DNA of 64,000 bases, taken from NCBI GenBank assembly GCA_041191865.1, contig JBEEOB010000010.1, positions 2,306 through 66,305 of the forward strand, read 5' to 3'. Source of the DNA: Bacteroidota bacterium (lineage in GTDB: Bacteria > Bacteroidota > Bacteroidia > Cytophagales > Spirosomataceae). The first letter of the stretch is position 1, and every line of letters begins with the position of its first letter. The position numbers and the translations under genes were made by a program. Below are positions 54,140 through 63,211 of this stretch, one piece after another. The notes beneath the pieces are model-generated. The model did not search any database. It was given only the letters and a program-made list of their open reading frames with translations, and was not told the origin of the DNA.

Positions 54140-55276
54140 ATGATCAGTCCTATTGAAGCAATTGCCCTCTTAAAAAATATCACCATTCCATTCCGGACTG
54201 AAAAATTACCTTTAGCTAAAACTTTGGGCATGAATTTGGCTGAAAAAATTGTTGCCGACCGTGATTTCCCTCCCTTTGACCGTGTGATGATGGATGGTAT
54301 TGCCGTGAAAGATATCACCGCACCTACCTGGAAAATTGAGGGTATTTTATATGCTGGAGAGCCCGTAAAAGCCATCAAAAAAATCGATGGCGCGATGGAA
54401 ATTATGACAGGTGCAACGGCTCCCAAAGGCACTGAAGCTATCATCAAGATAGAAGATCTTAGTATCAAGAAAAAAATCGCATCCTACATTGGAAAAACTC
54501 CCTTAACAAAAGGTCAATTTATTCATACACAAGGAATGGATGCCCAAGAAGGCACGATTTTAGTTAAAAAACGCACTAAAATCGGACCCGTAGAAATTGC
54601 CATCGCGGCAACCGTCGGGAAAGCACATATTGAAGTAGAATCGAAACCGCATGTGCATATTTTCTCAACCGGCGATGAAATCGTAGGACTGCATGAAACA
54701 CCAGCCGTGCATCAAATTCGTTCATCGAATGTGATGATGATGAAATCCGTTTTGTTGTCGAAAGGCTTTAAAGCGAACTCTAGTCATTTACCAGATTCGG
54801 CAGAAAAAATTAAGGCCAACATCGATAAGGTATTGGAGTCAAATGACATCATCTTACTTTCAGGCGGTGTTTCTGCTGGAAAAAAAGACTTGATTCCTTC
54901 GGTTTTAACAGAGGCAGGATTCGAGACAATATTTCATAAGATTGCACAAAAACCAGGCAAACCGATGTTGGTCGCCACGCGCCCCGATGGAAAAGTGGTC
55001 TTTGCATTTCCTGGCAATCCAATTTCTACATTGACATGTTTCTGGGTCTATTTCTTACCTTGGGTATCCGGAGATTTCCCAGAATACGCAGAGAAAGAAA
55101 TCAAATTCTTACCAAAACCATCAGCAGAATTAGACCAATGGATTCCCGTGGAAAACGGTGAAACCGTAGCACACAATGGATCAGGCGATTTGATCAATTG
55201 GTCAAAAGCAGATGGCTTAGTTTGGCAAAAAGCAGGCCAAAAAGACACCAAACTCCCCTTTATTCCACTCAAATAA
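54140..55276 (+). CDS. moeA: Molybdopterin molybdotransferase
   Basis: PPFDRVMMDGIA, IMTGA, STGDE, SGGVSAG, KPGKP, FPGNP. Confidence 0.92.
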   Translation: MISPIEAIALLKNITIPFRTEKLPLAKTLGMNLAEKIVADRDFPPFDRVMMDGIAVKDITAPTWKIEGILYAGEPVKAIKKIDGAMEIMTGATAPKGTEAIIKIEDLSIKKKIASYIGKTPLTKGQFIHTQGMDAQEGTILVKKRTKIGPVEIAIAATVGKAHIEVESKPHVHIFSTGDEIVGLHETPAVHQIRSSNVMMMKSVLLSKGFKANSSHLPDSAEKIKANIDKVLESNDIILLSGGVSAGKKDLIPSVLTEAGFETIFHKIAQKPGKPMLVATRPDGKVVFAFPGNPISTLTCFWVYFLPWVSGDFPEYAEKEIKFLPKPSAELDQWIPVENGETVAHNGSGDLINWSKADGLVWQKAGQKDTKLPFIPLK

Positions 55277-55282
55277 CGATGT

Positions 55283-56299
55283 ATGGAACTGAAGCTTCAT
55301 CAATTCGATCTGCCACTTAAGCACACCTTTACGATCACACACGAATCGCGTGACGTTCAGCCAACCCTCATCGTGGAATTGAGCTGGCATGGCAAAAGCG
55401 GATTTGGAGAAGCAACAGAAACCCCCTATTACGGCATCACCATGGAAAAAATGGTGGCACAGGTGGAGAGCATTCGTCATTTATTACCGAGCGACATCCT
55501 ACCGCATCCAACAGATTTCTGGAAAATGCTGTCTAAAAACTTATTGGATGATCATCCATTTGCTTTATGTGCCTTGGATGTGGCCTACTGGGATCTTTGG
55601 GGAAAAACACACAATAAATCCTTGCATGAAATCTGGGAATTAGATACCGCTAAAAATCCCATCACGGATTATACGATAGGCATTGATACCGTGGAGACCA
55701 TGGTTGCCAAAATGCGCGAAATGCCTTTTCCGTTGTATAAAATTAAGTTGGGCACCGACCAAGACCTGGAAATTATTGAGGCCTTGCGGAAAGAAACCGA
55801 CGCCGTTTTTCGTGTCGATGCCAATACAGCTTGGACACCAGAACAAACGATTTATTTCGCACCGGAATTGAAAAAACTGGGGGTAGAATTCATTGAACAA
55901 CCCTTAAAAGCTGACAATTGGGCGGGTATGAAACGCGTTTACGAAGAATCTGTCTTACCAATAATCGCAGATGAATCCTGCATATTGGAGGCAGATGTGG
56001 CAAAATGTGTGGGCTATTTTCACGGAGTCAACATCAAGCTCATGAAATGCGGCGGACTTACACCTGCGCTTCGCATGATCAAACAAGCCAAAAGCCTTGG
56101 GCTCAAAGTCATGGTAGGCTGCATGACGGAATCAACCATCGGTTGTTCGGCCATCGCGCAATTATTACCCTTATTGGATTACGTAGACATGGATGGGTGC
56201 TTGCTGGTAGACGATAAAATCTCCAAAGGCATCACGATCGAATACGGCAAGGTGCATTATGCCAAGGCACATGGAACCGGAGCTGAATTAATTCCTTAG
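55283..56299 (+). CDS. Dipeptide (L-Ala-D/L-Glu) epimerase, enolase superfamily
   Basis: KIKLG, RVDAN, EQP, ADES, NIKLMKCGG, DMDG. Confidence 0.9.
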   Translation: MELKLHQFDLPLKHTFTITHESRDVQPTLIVELSWHGKSGFGEATETPYYGITMEKMVAQVESIRHLLPSDILPHPTDFWKMLSKNLLDDHPFALCALDVAYWDLWGKTHNKSLHEIWELDTAKNPITDYTIGIDTVETMVAKMREMPFPLYKIKLGTDQDLEIIEALRKETDAVFRVDANTAWTPEQTIYFAPELKKLGVEFIEQPLKADNWAGMKRVYEESVLPIIADESCILEADVAKCVGYFHGVNIKLMKCGGLTPALRMIKQAKSLGLKVMVGCMTESTIGCSAIAQLLPLLDYVDMDGCLLVDDKISKGITIEYGKVHYAKAHGTGAELIP

Positions 56300-56301
56300 A
56301 C

Positions 56302-57288
56302 ATGTCCTATCAGATCCATCAAAACCAAATCCCGGAGCGCCTCGTTTCTTTCGAGGGGAAGGAATATCGTTGGATAGGCGGAACAAATTACCTGAACATA
56401 GGCACGCATCCTCTCTTTCAAGAAAAATTACGCGAGGGAATACAAATTTTCAGTCAAAACTGGGGCAGTTCTCGTTTGAATAATTACCGAATGGACGTTT
56501 GGGAAAGTTTAGAAGATGTTTTGGCTAAACGCTTTCAAGTAGAAGCAGCGGCCTTGTGTAGTTCGGGATTACTTGCTGGGCAAACGGCCATGCAATACAT
56601 CCAACAAAAACATCCGCATGCAAGCATCTCTTTAGCACCCAAAACGCATCCGGCATTGTGGCGTTATCCGCACAAACCTTCTACAGGCGCCTTCGTGGAT
56701 TGGAAAAAAGACACCCAAATTCTCTGCATGGATGGAATTGGAGCTCCCTGGGTGGAAGAATTTCTCACTGGATTTGAGCAGCATTTATCCGCAGAACAGA
56801 CCTTGATTGTAGATGAATCGCATCGATTAGGAATCGTATCAACACACCTAGATACACCGGCAAATTTGATTCAAACGGGTTCCTTATCGAAAGCCTTTGG
56901 TATTCCTGCAGGGATTATTTTAGGTAGAAAAGTGGATATAGCGGAGATTAAAAAAGACCCATTTTGGGTAGGAGGATCCCCGGCAAATCCGGCTTATGTC
57001 TATGCATGTCTCCATGCACAAGAAGCCTACGATGAACGAAAAAGTATATCGCAAGAACTGGCTCAAGTATTCACGCAAAATGCCCAACACGTTAGCATTG
57101 TCAAAAATTACCCGGCATTTAGCTCGGCAGACACGAAGCTATTTGACTACTTAAAATTTCATGGATTTTTGTGCAACCAATTTGCCTATCCGGATCCGAA
57201 TGCCCCTGCAATTTGTAAGGCAATCCTACCTGCATGCATGCAATTACACGATATAGAAGATCTTGTTAGCGCACTTGCCGATTATTAG
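56302..57288 (+). CDS. PLP-dependent aminotransferase class II fold protein (BioF-like)
   Basis: GGTNYL, GSSR, VDESH, GSLSKAFG. Confidence 0.75.
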   Translation: MSYQIHQNQIPERLVSFEGKEYRWIGGTNYLNIGTHPLFQEKLREGIQIFSQNWGSSRLNNYRMDVWESLEDVLAKRFQVEAAALCSSGLLAGQTAMQYIQQKHPHASISLAPKTHPALWRYPHKPSTGAFVDWKKDTQILCMDGIGAPWVEEFLTGFEQHLSAEQTLIVDESHRLGIVSTHLDTPANLIQTGSLSKAFGIPAGIILGRKVDIAEIKKDPFWVGGSPANPAYVYACLHAQEAYDERKSISQELAQVFTQNAQHVSIVKNYPAFSSADTKLFDYLKFHGFLCNQFAYPDPNAPAICKAILPACMQLHDIEDLVSALADY

Positions 57289-58118
57289 GGTTTCGCCTTT
57301 TTATACGAATACGCGAGTACGATGACACCAAAAAGAACAGCAGGTATCGAAAGTATTTGACCCATATTCAAGGTTAAATTATTCTCGAAAGCACTCTGAT
57401 TTTCTTTTAAGAATTCATAAAAAAATCGCAGGGTAAATAGCACGATCATAAAAGAGCCTGTCATCAAGCCCTCTTGTGTACTCTTCTTTTTCTTTGACCA
57501 AAACCACATCAGCAAAGCAAAAATAAGTAAGCAAGAAAGTGCTTCATACAATTGGGATGGATGACGCGCTAAAACCAAATTGGGGTCGCCATAGGGATTA
57601 AATTCGGTGTCTCTCAAAAACTTAAATCCCCAAGGCAATTCCGTGGGCTTCCCAATGATTTCTGAATTCATCAAATTCCCCATGCGAATAAAAAAGCCTG
57701 CCAATGCTACTGCTGGCACAATTCGATCGGTAATGTAGAGATAGGACATGCCTGCATTTTTACGTGCGAAAAGATAAAAAGCAATAAAGAGTCCGATTGC
57801 AGCGCCATGCGAGGCCAAGCCCGAAAACGGAGGTGTAATCATCTGCAAGAAAAAACGAAGCGGATCAGCCTGTAATAAAGGGAATTCATAGAAGAAATAA
57901 TGTCCAGCACGGGCCCCTACAATCGTAGCCACCATCGTGTACATCAAGAGTTGGTCCGCTTGTTCCGTACTGCGTCCCTCCTTTTTGAACATGTAATTCA
58001 CAACACGAAAGCCGGCGAGAAAAGCCATGGCAAAGAAGAAGCCATACCAACGAATCGGAAAACCGAAAAGGTCAACAATAACGGGATTAGGGTCCCAAGA
58101 AATAAAAGCTATGGACAT
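57285..58118 (-). CDS. lgt: Prolipoprotein diacylglyceryl transferase
   Basis: IRWYG, GARAGH, LASHG, RMGNLMNSE, HPSQLYE, RFFYEF. Confidence 0.95.
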   Translation of the reverse strand: MSIAFISWDPNPVIVDLFGFPIRWYGFFFAMAFLAGFRVVNYMFKKEGRSTEQADQLLMYTMVATIVGARAGHYFFYEFPLLQADPLRFFLQMITPPFSGLASHGAAIGLFIAFYLFARKNAGMSYLYITDRIVPAVALAGFFIRMGNLMNSEIIGKPTELPWGFKFLRDTEFNPYGDPNLVLARHPSQLYEALSCLLIFALLMWFWSKKKKSTQEGLMTGSFMIVLFTLRFFYEFLKENQSAFENNLTLNMGQILSIPAVLFGVIVLAYSYKKAKP

Positions 58119-58161
58119 GGGCTGATCGAATGAAACCCAAAATTAAGAGAATTTTTAAGAA

Positions 58162-58311
58162 TTAACGCGATACTTTACGAACAAGCACTTGGATTGATTT
58201 CTTGATCACTTTTGCAGGATAGAGTCTTTGAGGTAAGCCTAAACCAAACATAGTTTGCGAGGAAACTAGCAGCACTGAAAGTACGATGAGTGTTCTAAGA
58301 CGATTTTTCAT
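58162..58311 (-). CDS. Putative small secreted cationic peptide (49 aa)
   Basis: MKNRLRTLIVLSVLLVSSQTMFG signal-like segment plus a K/R-rich tail; no family recognised. Confidence 0.45.
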   Translation of the reverse strand: MKNRLRTLIVLSVLLVSSQTMFGLGLPQRLYPAKVIKKSIQVLVRKVSR

Positions 58312-58504
58312 AACACAAACATACAACATAAATAGTACTATGCAATACAAGGTACTATATTTTTATACCTCAGTTTAGAATTCGTAGCCTTGATAGGTCT
58401 TTTCGTCGATTGCATGTACTGGTCTTATCGTTTTCAAATCATCTTTGCATACGATTGGACGGGACTACGCGTTCAATACGTGTTAAACTTTAAATTTTAG
58501 ATCT

Positions 58505-59677
58505 ATGAGAAAGTTAATTCTTTTCGCCTTGGCGAGTACCGCAATGTTATCGTCTTGCACGCAGGAAAATGAAATTGCCCCACAAGGCTTTCAAGCGACC
58601 AACACAGCCAATGTGCCACAAGCTGTGCAATCAACCATTAAACAGACTTACCCATCTGCACAAGTAGCCTATTCGATTCTACAGCCCAATGCCTTGTATG
58701 TCGCGGATGTGACAACAGCGACAAGCGAAGCGCAAGTTGTCATTACTTCAAAAGGTAGTATTCGGGAAGCTTTTTCAAAAATTGACTCCACAGCGCTACC
58801 GGCAAGTGTTTTAACCTATTTGTCGACTAATTTCCCAGGTTACCTCATATTACACGCGTCCCAAAAGACAACGGGTGCACCGACAGGCTATCGTGTGGAA
58901 TTAAAATACAAAACTGATTTTTACTCTGTGATTTTTGATGATAAAGGTGCATTTGTCTCACAAACAACGGGCATGCCCGGAGGTCCAAAAGGAGGAGGCA
59001 AAAAAGGTAGCCATGGTCCCACAGTAACTGGGTTAGTCCTGACTGATTTACCAGTAGGCGTTCAAACAGCACTTAATGGGTATACCTTCAAGCGTGCGAT
59101 GGCCAAAGTCGATGCATCTGGCGCAACAATTTATCACATTCACGCTGAGAAAGCTGGAATTGAATATGATTTAGATATAGACGCTACGGGTAAAGTCTTA
59201 TCAAGCAAAGAAATCCCTGCAAAACCCGAAATTAGTAAGTCGGACCTAACAACACTTCCAACAGCAATTGTTACGTATTTGAATACAAATGCAGCCGGAT
59301 GGGTGCTAAAAAATGCGCTTAGTATCTCGGCAGACAATGTAACAATCCATTACCATGTTGTCGTAACAGTAGGAACATCTGTTCAAACTTACATGTTCGA
59401 TAAGGATTTCAATATAATCCAAAATGCAGGAAAAGGACCAAAAGACAATCCAAGCTTACCGAATTTCACGGTTGCTGAAATTACCCAAGCACAATTACCC
59501 GCCGCGGTAATCACCTACCTGAATACAAACTATGTGGGTTGGAACTTCACCAAAGCACAATCCGTTTCAGCTGATACGACGATTAAGGAATATGAAGTAT
59601 TCATCGCCGTAGGTAACAAAGCCTACAAAGTGGAATTCGATGGAAATGGTGTTTTTCAAGGCGCGAAATTGAAATAA
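58505..59677 (+). CDS. Lipoprotein with about five PepSY-like (BLIP-like) repeats
   Basis: Lipobox LSSC; repeats VPQAVQSTI, LPASVLTYL, LPVGVQTAL, LPTAIVTYL, LPAAVITYL, mostly closing with FDxxG-like motifs. Confidence 0.8.
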   Translation: MRKLILFALASTAMLSSCTQENEIAPQGFQATNTANVPQAVQSTIKQTYPSAQVAYSILQPNALYVADVTTATSEAQVVITSKGSIREAFSKIDSTALPASVLTYLSTNFPGYLILHASQKTTGAPTGYRVELKYKTDFYSVIFDDKGAFVSQTTGMPGGPKGGGKKGSHGPTVTGLVLTDLPVGVQTALNGYTFKRAMAKVDASGATIYHIHAEKAGIEYDLDIDATGKVLSSKEIPAKPEISKSDLTTLPTAIVTYLNTNAAGWVLKNALSISADNVTIHYHVVVTVGTSVQTYMFDKDFNIIQNAGKGPKDNPSLPNFTVAEITQAQLPAAVITYLNTNYVGWNFTKAQSVSADTTIKEYEVFIAVGNKAYKVEFDGNGVFQGAKLK

Positions 59678-59696
59678 TATTCGCTCTACCTTTATC

Positions 59697-59724
59697 AAAA
59701 AGGCTTGCTTCGGCAGGCCTTTTT
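59697..59724 (+). terminator. Rho-independent terminator
   Basis: AAAAAGGCTTGC-TTCG-GCAGGCCTTTTT. Confidence 0.8.
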
Positions 59725-59739
59725 GGTTTATTTTGAGGC

Positions 59740-60315
59740 ATGCAAGAAATCGAGCCATCCTTCCAATGGGAATCTATTTACAACGCGGCGCATGATCGCA
59801 AATCCCCATTTTATGGTCGGGCCTATTCGCAAACGGAATACGAAAATGACATTTATGGGTATTACATTCATCCGCTTTGGGATGAGATCGATTCCGAAAC
59901 ACTTTATTGCAAGATTCTTTTTACTGATTATCAACTAACATACAGCATTATTGAATTGTTTGGGGAATGGAATGATACCCTGCACAATGACATCATGTTG
60001 TTGAAACGCCAAGTTATCGACCATCTGTTAGCCGCGGGAATCAAGTATTTTATTCTGGTAGGCGAAAATGTCTTCAATTTTCACGGAAGCTATGAAGATG
60101 ATTATTACGCCGAATGGTTCGAAGAAGTTGAAGACGGTTGGATCGTTGGTCTTCATTTCGCAGAATTCGTTGAAAAAGAATGGGCGAAATACCATGTGGA
60201 TTATTACATCAATTTTGGAGGAAATCTGCAAGTACCTCATTGGCGCACCCTAAAACCAGAAATGATATTTTCATATTTACACCATGTAATGAGTAAACGC
60301 CTGGGACCCGCATAA
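59740..60315 (+). CDS. Conserved hypothetical protein (Bacteroidota)
   Basis: Aromatic/acidic ORF (YYIHPLWD, GEWNDTLHNDIM, DDYYAEWFEE); no function recognised. Confidence 0.75.
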   Translation: MQEIEPSFQWESIYNAAHDRKSPFYGRAYSQTEYENDIYGYYIHPLWDEIDSETLYCKILFTDYQLTYSIIELFGEWNDTLHNDIMLLKRQVIDHLLAAGIKYFILVGENVFNFHGSYEDDYYAEWFEEVEDGWIVGLHFAEFVEKEWAKYHVDYYINFGGNLQVPHWRTLKPEMIFSYLHHVMSKRLGPA

Positions 60316-60381
60316 ATAATATACAATCAGGATATCAATCCATTCAAATTCTACTACATTCGCTTTTTATCAATTATACCT

Positions 60382-61125
60382 ATGAAAAACCTAATACTAT
60401 TTTGCTTGTTAAGCATTTCCTTCTTCGGTTTCGCGAAGAAACCCGATACTCGTTATTATGAAATGCGCATTTATTATTGCCACCCTGGCAGATTAGATGC
60501 ACTTATTCAACGATTTACCAACCACACAACAAAAATTTTCGAAAAACATGGCATGACAAATGTGGGCTATTGGATTCCGAACAACAATACAGAAAACGCT
60601 TTATATTACATTTTATCCTACCCAAGTCAAGCGGCGCGTGATAGCTCTTGGAGTCATTTTGGAAAAGATCCCGAGTGGAAGGAGGTAGCGAAAAAATCAG
60701 AAGAAAGCGGTAAAATCGTCGCAAAAGTAACAAGCATCTTCATGCAAGCGACAGATTTCAGCCCGAAAATCAAGCCGTCAAGTGCAGATGTTGACCGCAC
60801 TTTTGAGATGCGAACCTACACAGCAGCACCAGACAAATTACCGAATGTTTTAGCTCGTTTTCGTGATCATACAACGAAGCTATTCAAAAAGCATGGCATG
60901 GAAAACATAGCCTACTTTACAACCCTTCCAAAAGACGGTTCGCAAAGCAAATTATTGTATTTCTTGGCTCATAAGAGCGAAGCCGCTGGCAAAGCAAGTT
61001 TTGATGCTTTCCGCTTAGATCCGAAATGGATTGCGGTAAAAGAAGCCTCAGAAAAAGACGGAAAAATCGTTGAGAAAGTAGAATCTATCTACATGAGCCC
61101 AACGACATTCTCTACAATTCGATAA
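60382..61125 (+). CDS. NIPSNAP family protein (two domains), secreted
   Basis: Duplicated YEMRIY/FEMRTY...RFxxHTxxxFxKHGM...DPxW. Confidence 0.88.
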   Translation: MKNLILFCLLSISFFGFAKKPDTRYYEMRIYYCHPGRLDALIQRFTNHTTKIFEKHGMTNVGYWIPNNNTENALYYILSYPSQAARDSSWSHFGKDPEWKEVAKKSEESGKIVAKVTSIFMQATDFSPKIKPSSADVDRTFEMRTYTAAPDKLPNVLARFRDHTTKLFKKHGMENIAYFTTLPKDGSQSKLLYFLAHKSEAAGKASFDAFRLDPKWIAVKEASEKDGKIVEKVESIYMSPTTFSTIR

Positions 61126-61171
61126 ATGCTCGTATCTTTGGACGTGGTATTCAAACGCCACGTCCAAAAAT

Positions 61172-62110
61172 ATGCAGTGGATTAAGAAAGGTTTGTTGTT
61201 TTGCCCAGATGGCAAATCAACCTGGAATCAAAGAGGCTATGCACATGTCGTTTGTGCAGACACGTCCTACGAAGACAAAATCAGACTCTACTATTCTGCG
61301 CGCGATGAAAAAGGACGCTGTCAGGCTTCGTTCATCGACTTAGATGCAAACAATCTTTCCAATATACTCTACGTGCACCCTGAACCCATCTTGGATTTAG
61401 GAGTACCCGGAACTTTCGACGATTGCGGTATTATGCCAACCTGGTTTATGCAGCATGGCGACGAAAAATGGCTATATTACATCGGCTGGACCGTTCGAAA
61501 TACGATTCCTTACCACAATGCCCTAGGGATTGCAAGCTCCATAGATGGCACCCATTTTACCAAAAAATTCAACGGACCCATCATTAGTACAAGCGCAACA
61601 GAGCCCTATTTTAATGGATCTGCCTGCTTTTTATTCGATGATGGAAAATACAAAGCTTGGTACTTAAACTGTACGCATTGGTTGGAGCATCAAGGACTCA
61701 TGGAGCCTTGTTACCACATTAAATATGCCGAATCAATGGATGGAATCCATTGGGATCGTAAGGGTCAGGTGGCCATCGATTACCGGGACGAAGTAGAAGG
61801 TGGCATTTCGAGACCTAGCGTCATCATTGAAAACGGCCTGTATAAAATGTGGTTTTCTGCTAGAGCAATAACAGATTACCGGACAAACCGTGACCGCTCT
61901 TACCGCATTTACTATGCTGAATCCCACGACGGAATTCATTGGACGCGTTTCGATGAACAAGTAGGCATCGATGTGAGCGAAAACTCAACAGATTGGGATT
62001 ACACCATGATTGAATATCCGCTTGTCATTCAGCACAAGGGCAAGAAAATCATGTTCTATAACGGAAATCATTTTGGTCAAACGGGCGTAGGTTATGCCGA
62101 AATGGAATAA
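61172..62110 (+). CDS. Five-bladed beta-propeller glycosidase-like protein (GH32/43/130 clan)
   Basis: Repeated SxDGxHW/F Asp-box-like motifs, GTFDDCG, YKMWFS, MFYNGN. Confidence 0.72.
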   Translation: MQWIKKGLLFCPDGKSTWNQRGYAHVVCADTSYEDKIRLYYSARDEKGRCQASFIDLDANNLSNILYVHPEPILDLGVPGTFDDCGIMPTWFMQHGDEKWLYYIGWTVRNTIPYHNALGIASSIDGTHFTKKFNGPIISTSATEPYFNGSACFLFDDGKYKAWYLNCTHWLEHQGLMEPCYHIKYAESMDGIHWDRKGQVAIDYRDEVEGGISRPSVIIENGLYKMWFSARAITDYRTNRDRSYRIYYAESHDGIHWTRFDEQVGIDVSENSTDWDYTMIEYPLVIQHKGKKIMFYNGNHFGQTGVGYAEME

Positions 62111-62115
62111 TAAGA

Positions 62116-63144
62116 ATGAATTTTTCGCATTACGATAAACACCTTTTTCCAGGTTCTCAAACGCCCAGCAATCCCAAAGTGAGTGTTTGCTTCATTACTT
62201 ACAAACATGAAGCCTATATTCGCACAAGTTTGGATGCAATCTTGGAACAGCAAGTAAATTTTGACTTTGAAATCATCATCGGCGAAGATCATTCTCCCGA
62301 TGGAACTGCGGACATTGTCCGAGAATATGCTGAAAAGTATCCTGAAAAAATCAAGGCCTATATACGTCCCGAAAACATCGGAGCTAAGCATAATTTTCTC
62401 CTTTGTTTTTTTAATTGCCAAGGCGAGTACATCGTACACATTGAAGGTGACGACTACTGGACCGATCCCTTAAAATTACAACGCCAAGTTGACTTTTTAG
62501 ACCAGCATCCTAATGCATCCGCTTGTTTTCACAATGCTGAAATCATTTTCGAAGACGGTAGCAATCGGGCACCCCAATTAATCAATTCGCCGGACCAAAA
62601 ACCTTGGATTGAATCTGCCGACTTTCTCGTAGAAAAAGAAACATGGTTTATGGCCACGGCTGCGGTGATGATGCGTCGGAAATTTGCGCATCCCCTACCC
62701 GAATGGTTTCTACACTCAAAAAGTGGTGATATCCCCTTGTACGTTATTTTAGCCGAACAAGGGCCTATTGGCTATCTACCTGAGGTCATGTCGGTTTATC
62801 GAAAAAATGAAGGCGGAATCAGTATGACCGACCACGTATATTCGGATGCCTTTATCAAAAACCGCATTTTCATGTATGCGAGCATTAATGCCCATACGAA
62901 ATTCAAATACAATTACCTGATCAAACCCATCTTGCAGGCCTATTATTTGATGCGCATGGATTGCCTAGAAAACAAATCCAAGTTCCACAAAAAAGCCTTC
63001 TATTTTAGTCGGGCAACCTTATTGAACCCTCCCCGAACCTCCAAGGCATGGAAGAGCTATTTAAAAACAAATTTATTAAGCCCCAAAAGCCTTTTGGCCT
63101 ATCTGAATTTTCGCGCTAAATTGAACGAATTCATCAAGCGATAA
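62116..63144 (+). CDS. Glycosyltransferase family 2
   Basis: VSVCFITYKHE, IIGEDHSPDGT, EGDDYW, GD motif. Confidence 0.88.
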   Translation: MNFSHYDKHLFPGSQTPSNPKVSVCFITYKHEAYIRTSLDAILEQQVNFDFEIIIGEDHSPDGTADIVREYAEKYPEKIKAYIRPENIGAKHNFLLCFFNCQGEYIVHIEGDDYWTDPLKLQRQVDFLDQHPNASACFHNAEIIFEDGSNRAPQLINSPDQKPWIESADFLVEKETWFMATAAVMMRRKFAHPLPEWFLHSKSGDIPLYVILAEQGPIGYLPEVMSVYRKNEGGISMTDHVYSDAFIKNRIFMYASINAHTKFKYNYLIKPILQAYYLMRMDCLENKSKFHKKAFYFSRATLLNPPRTSKAWKSYLKTNLLSPKSLLAYLNFRAKLNEFIKR

Positions 63145-63211
63145 ATTTGCATTTTTTGCCGAATTAAAAGACCTTTACAACAAAGCGTCTTGCTAAACCT
63201 ATTATCATCAC

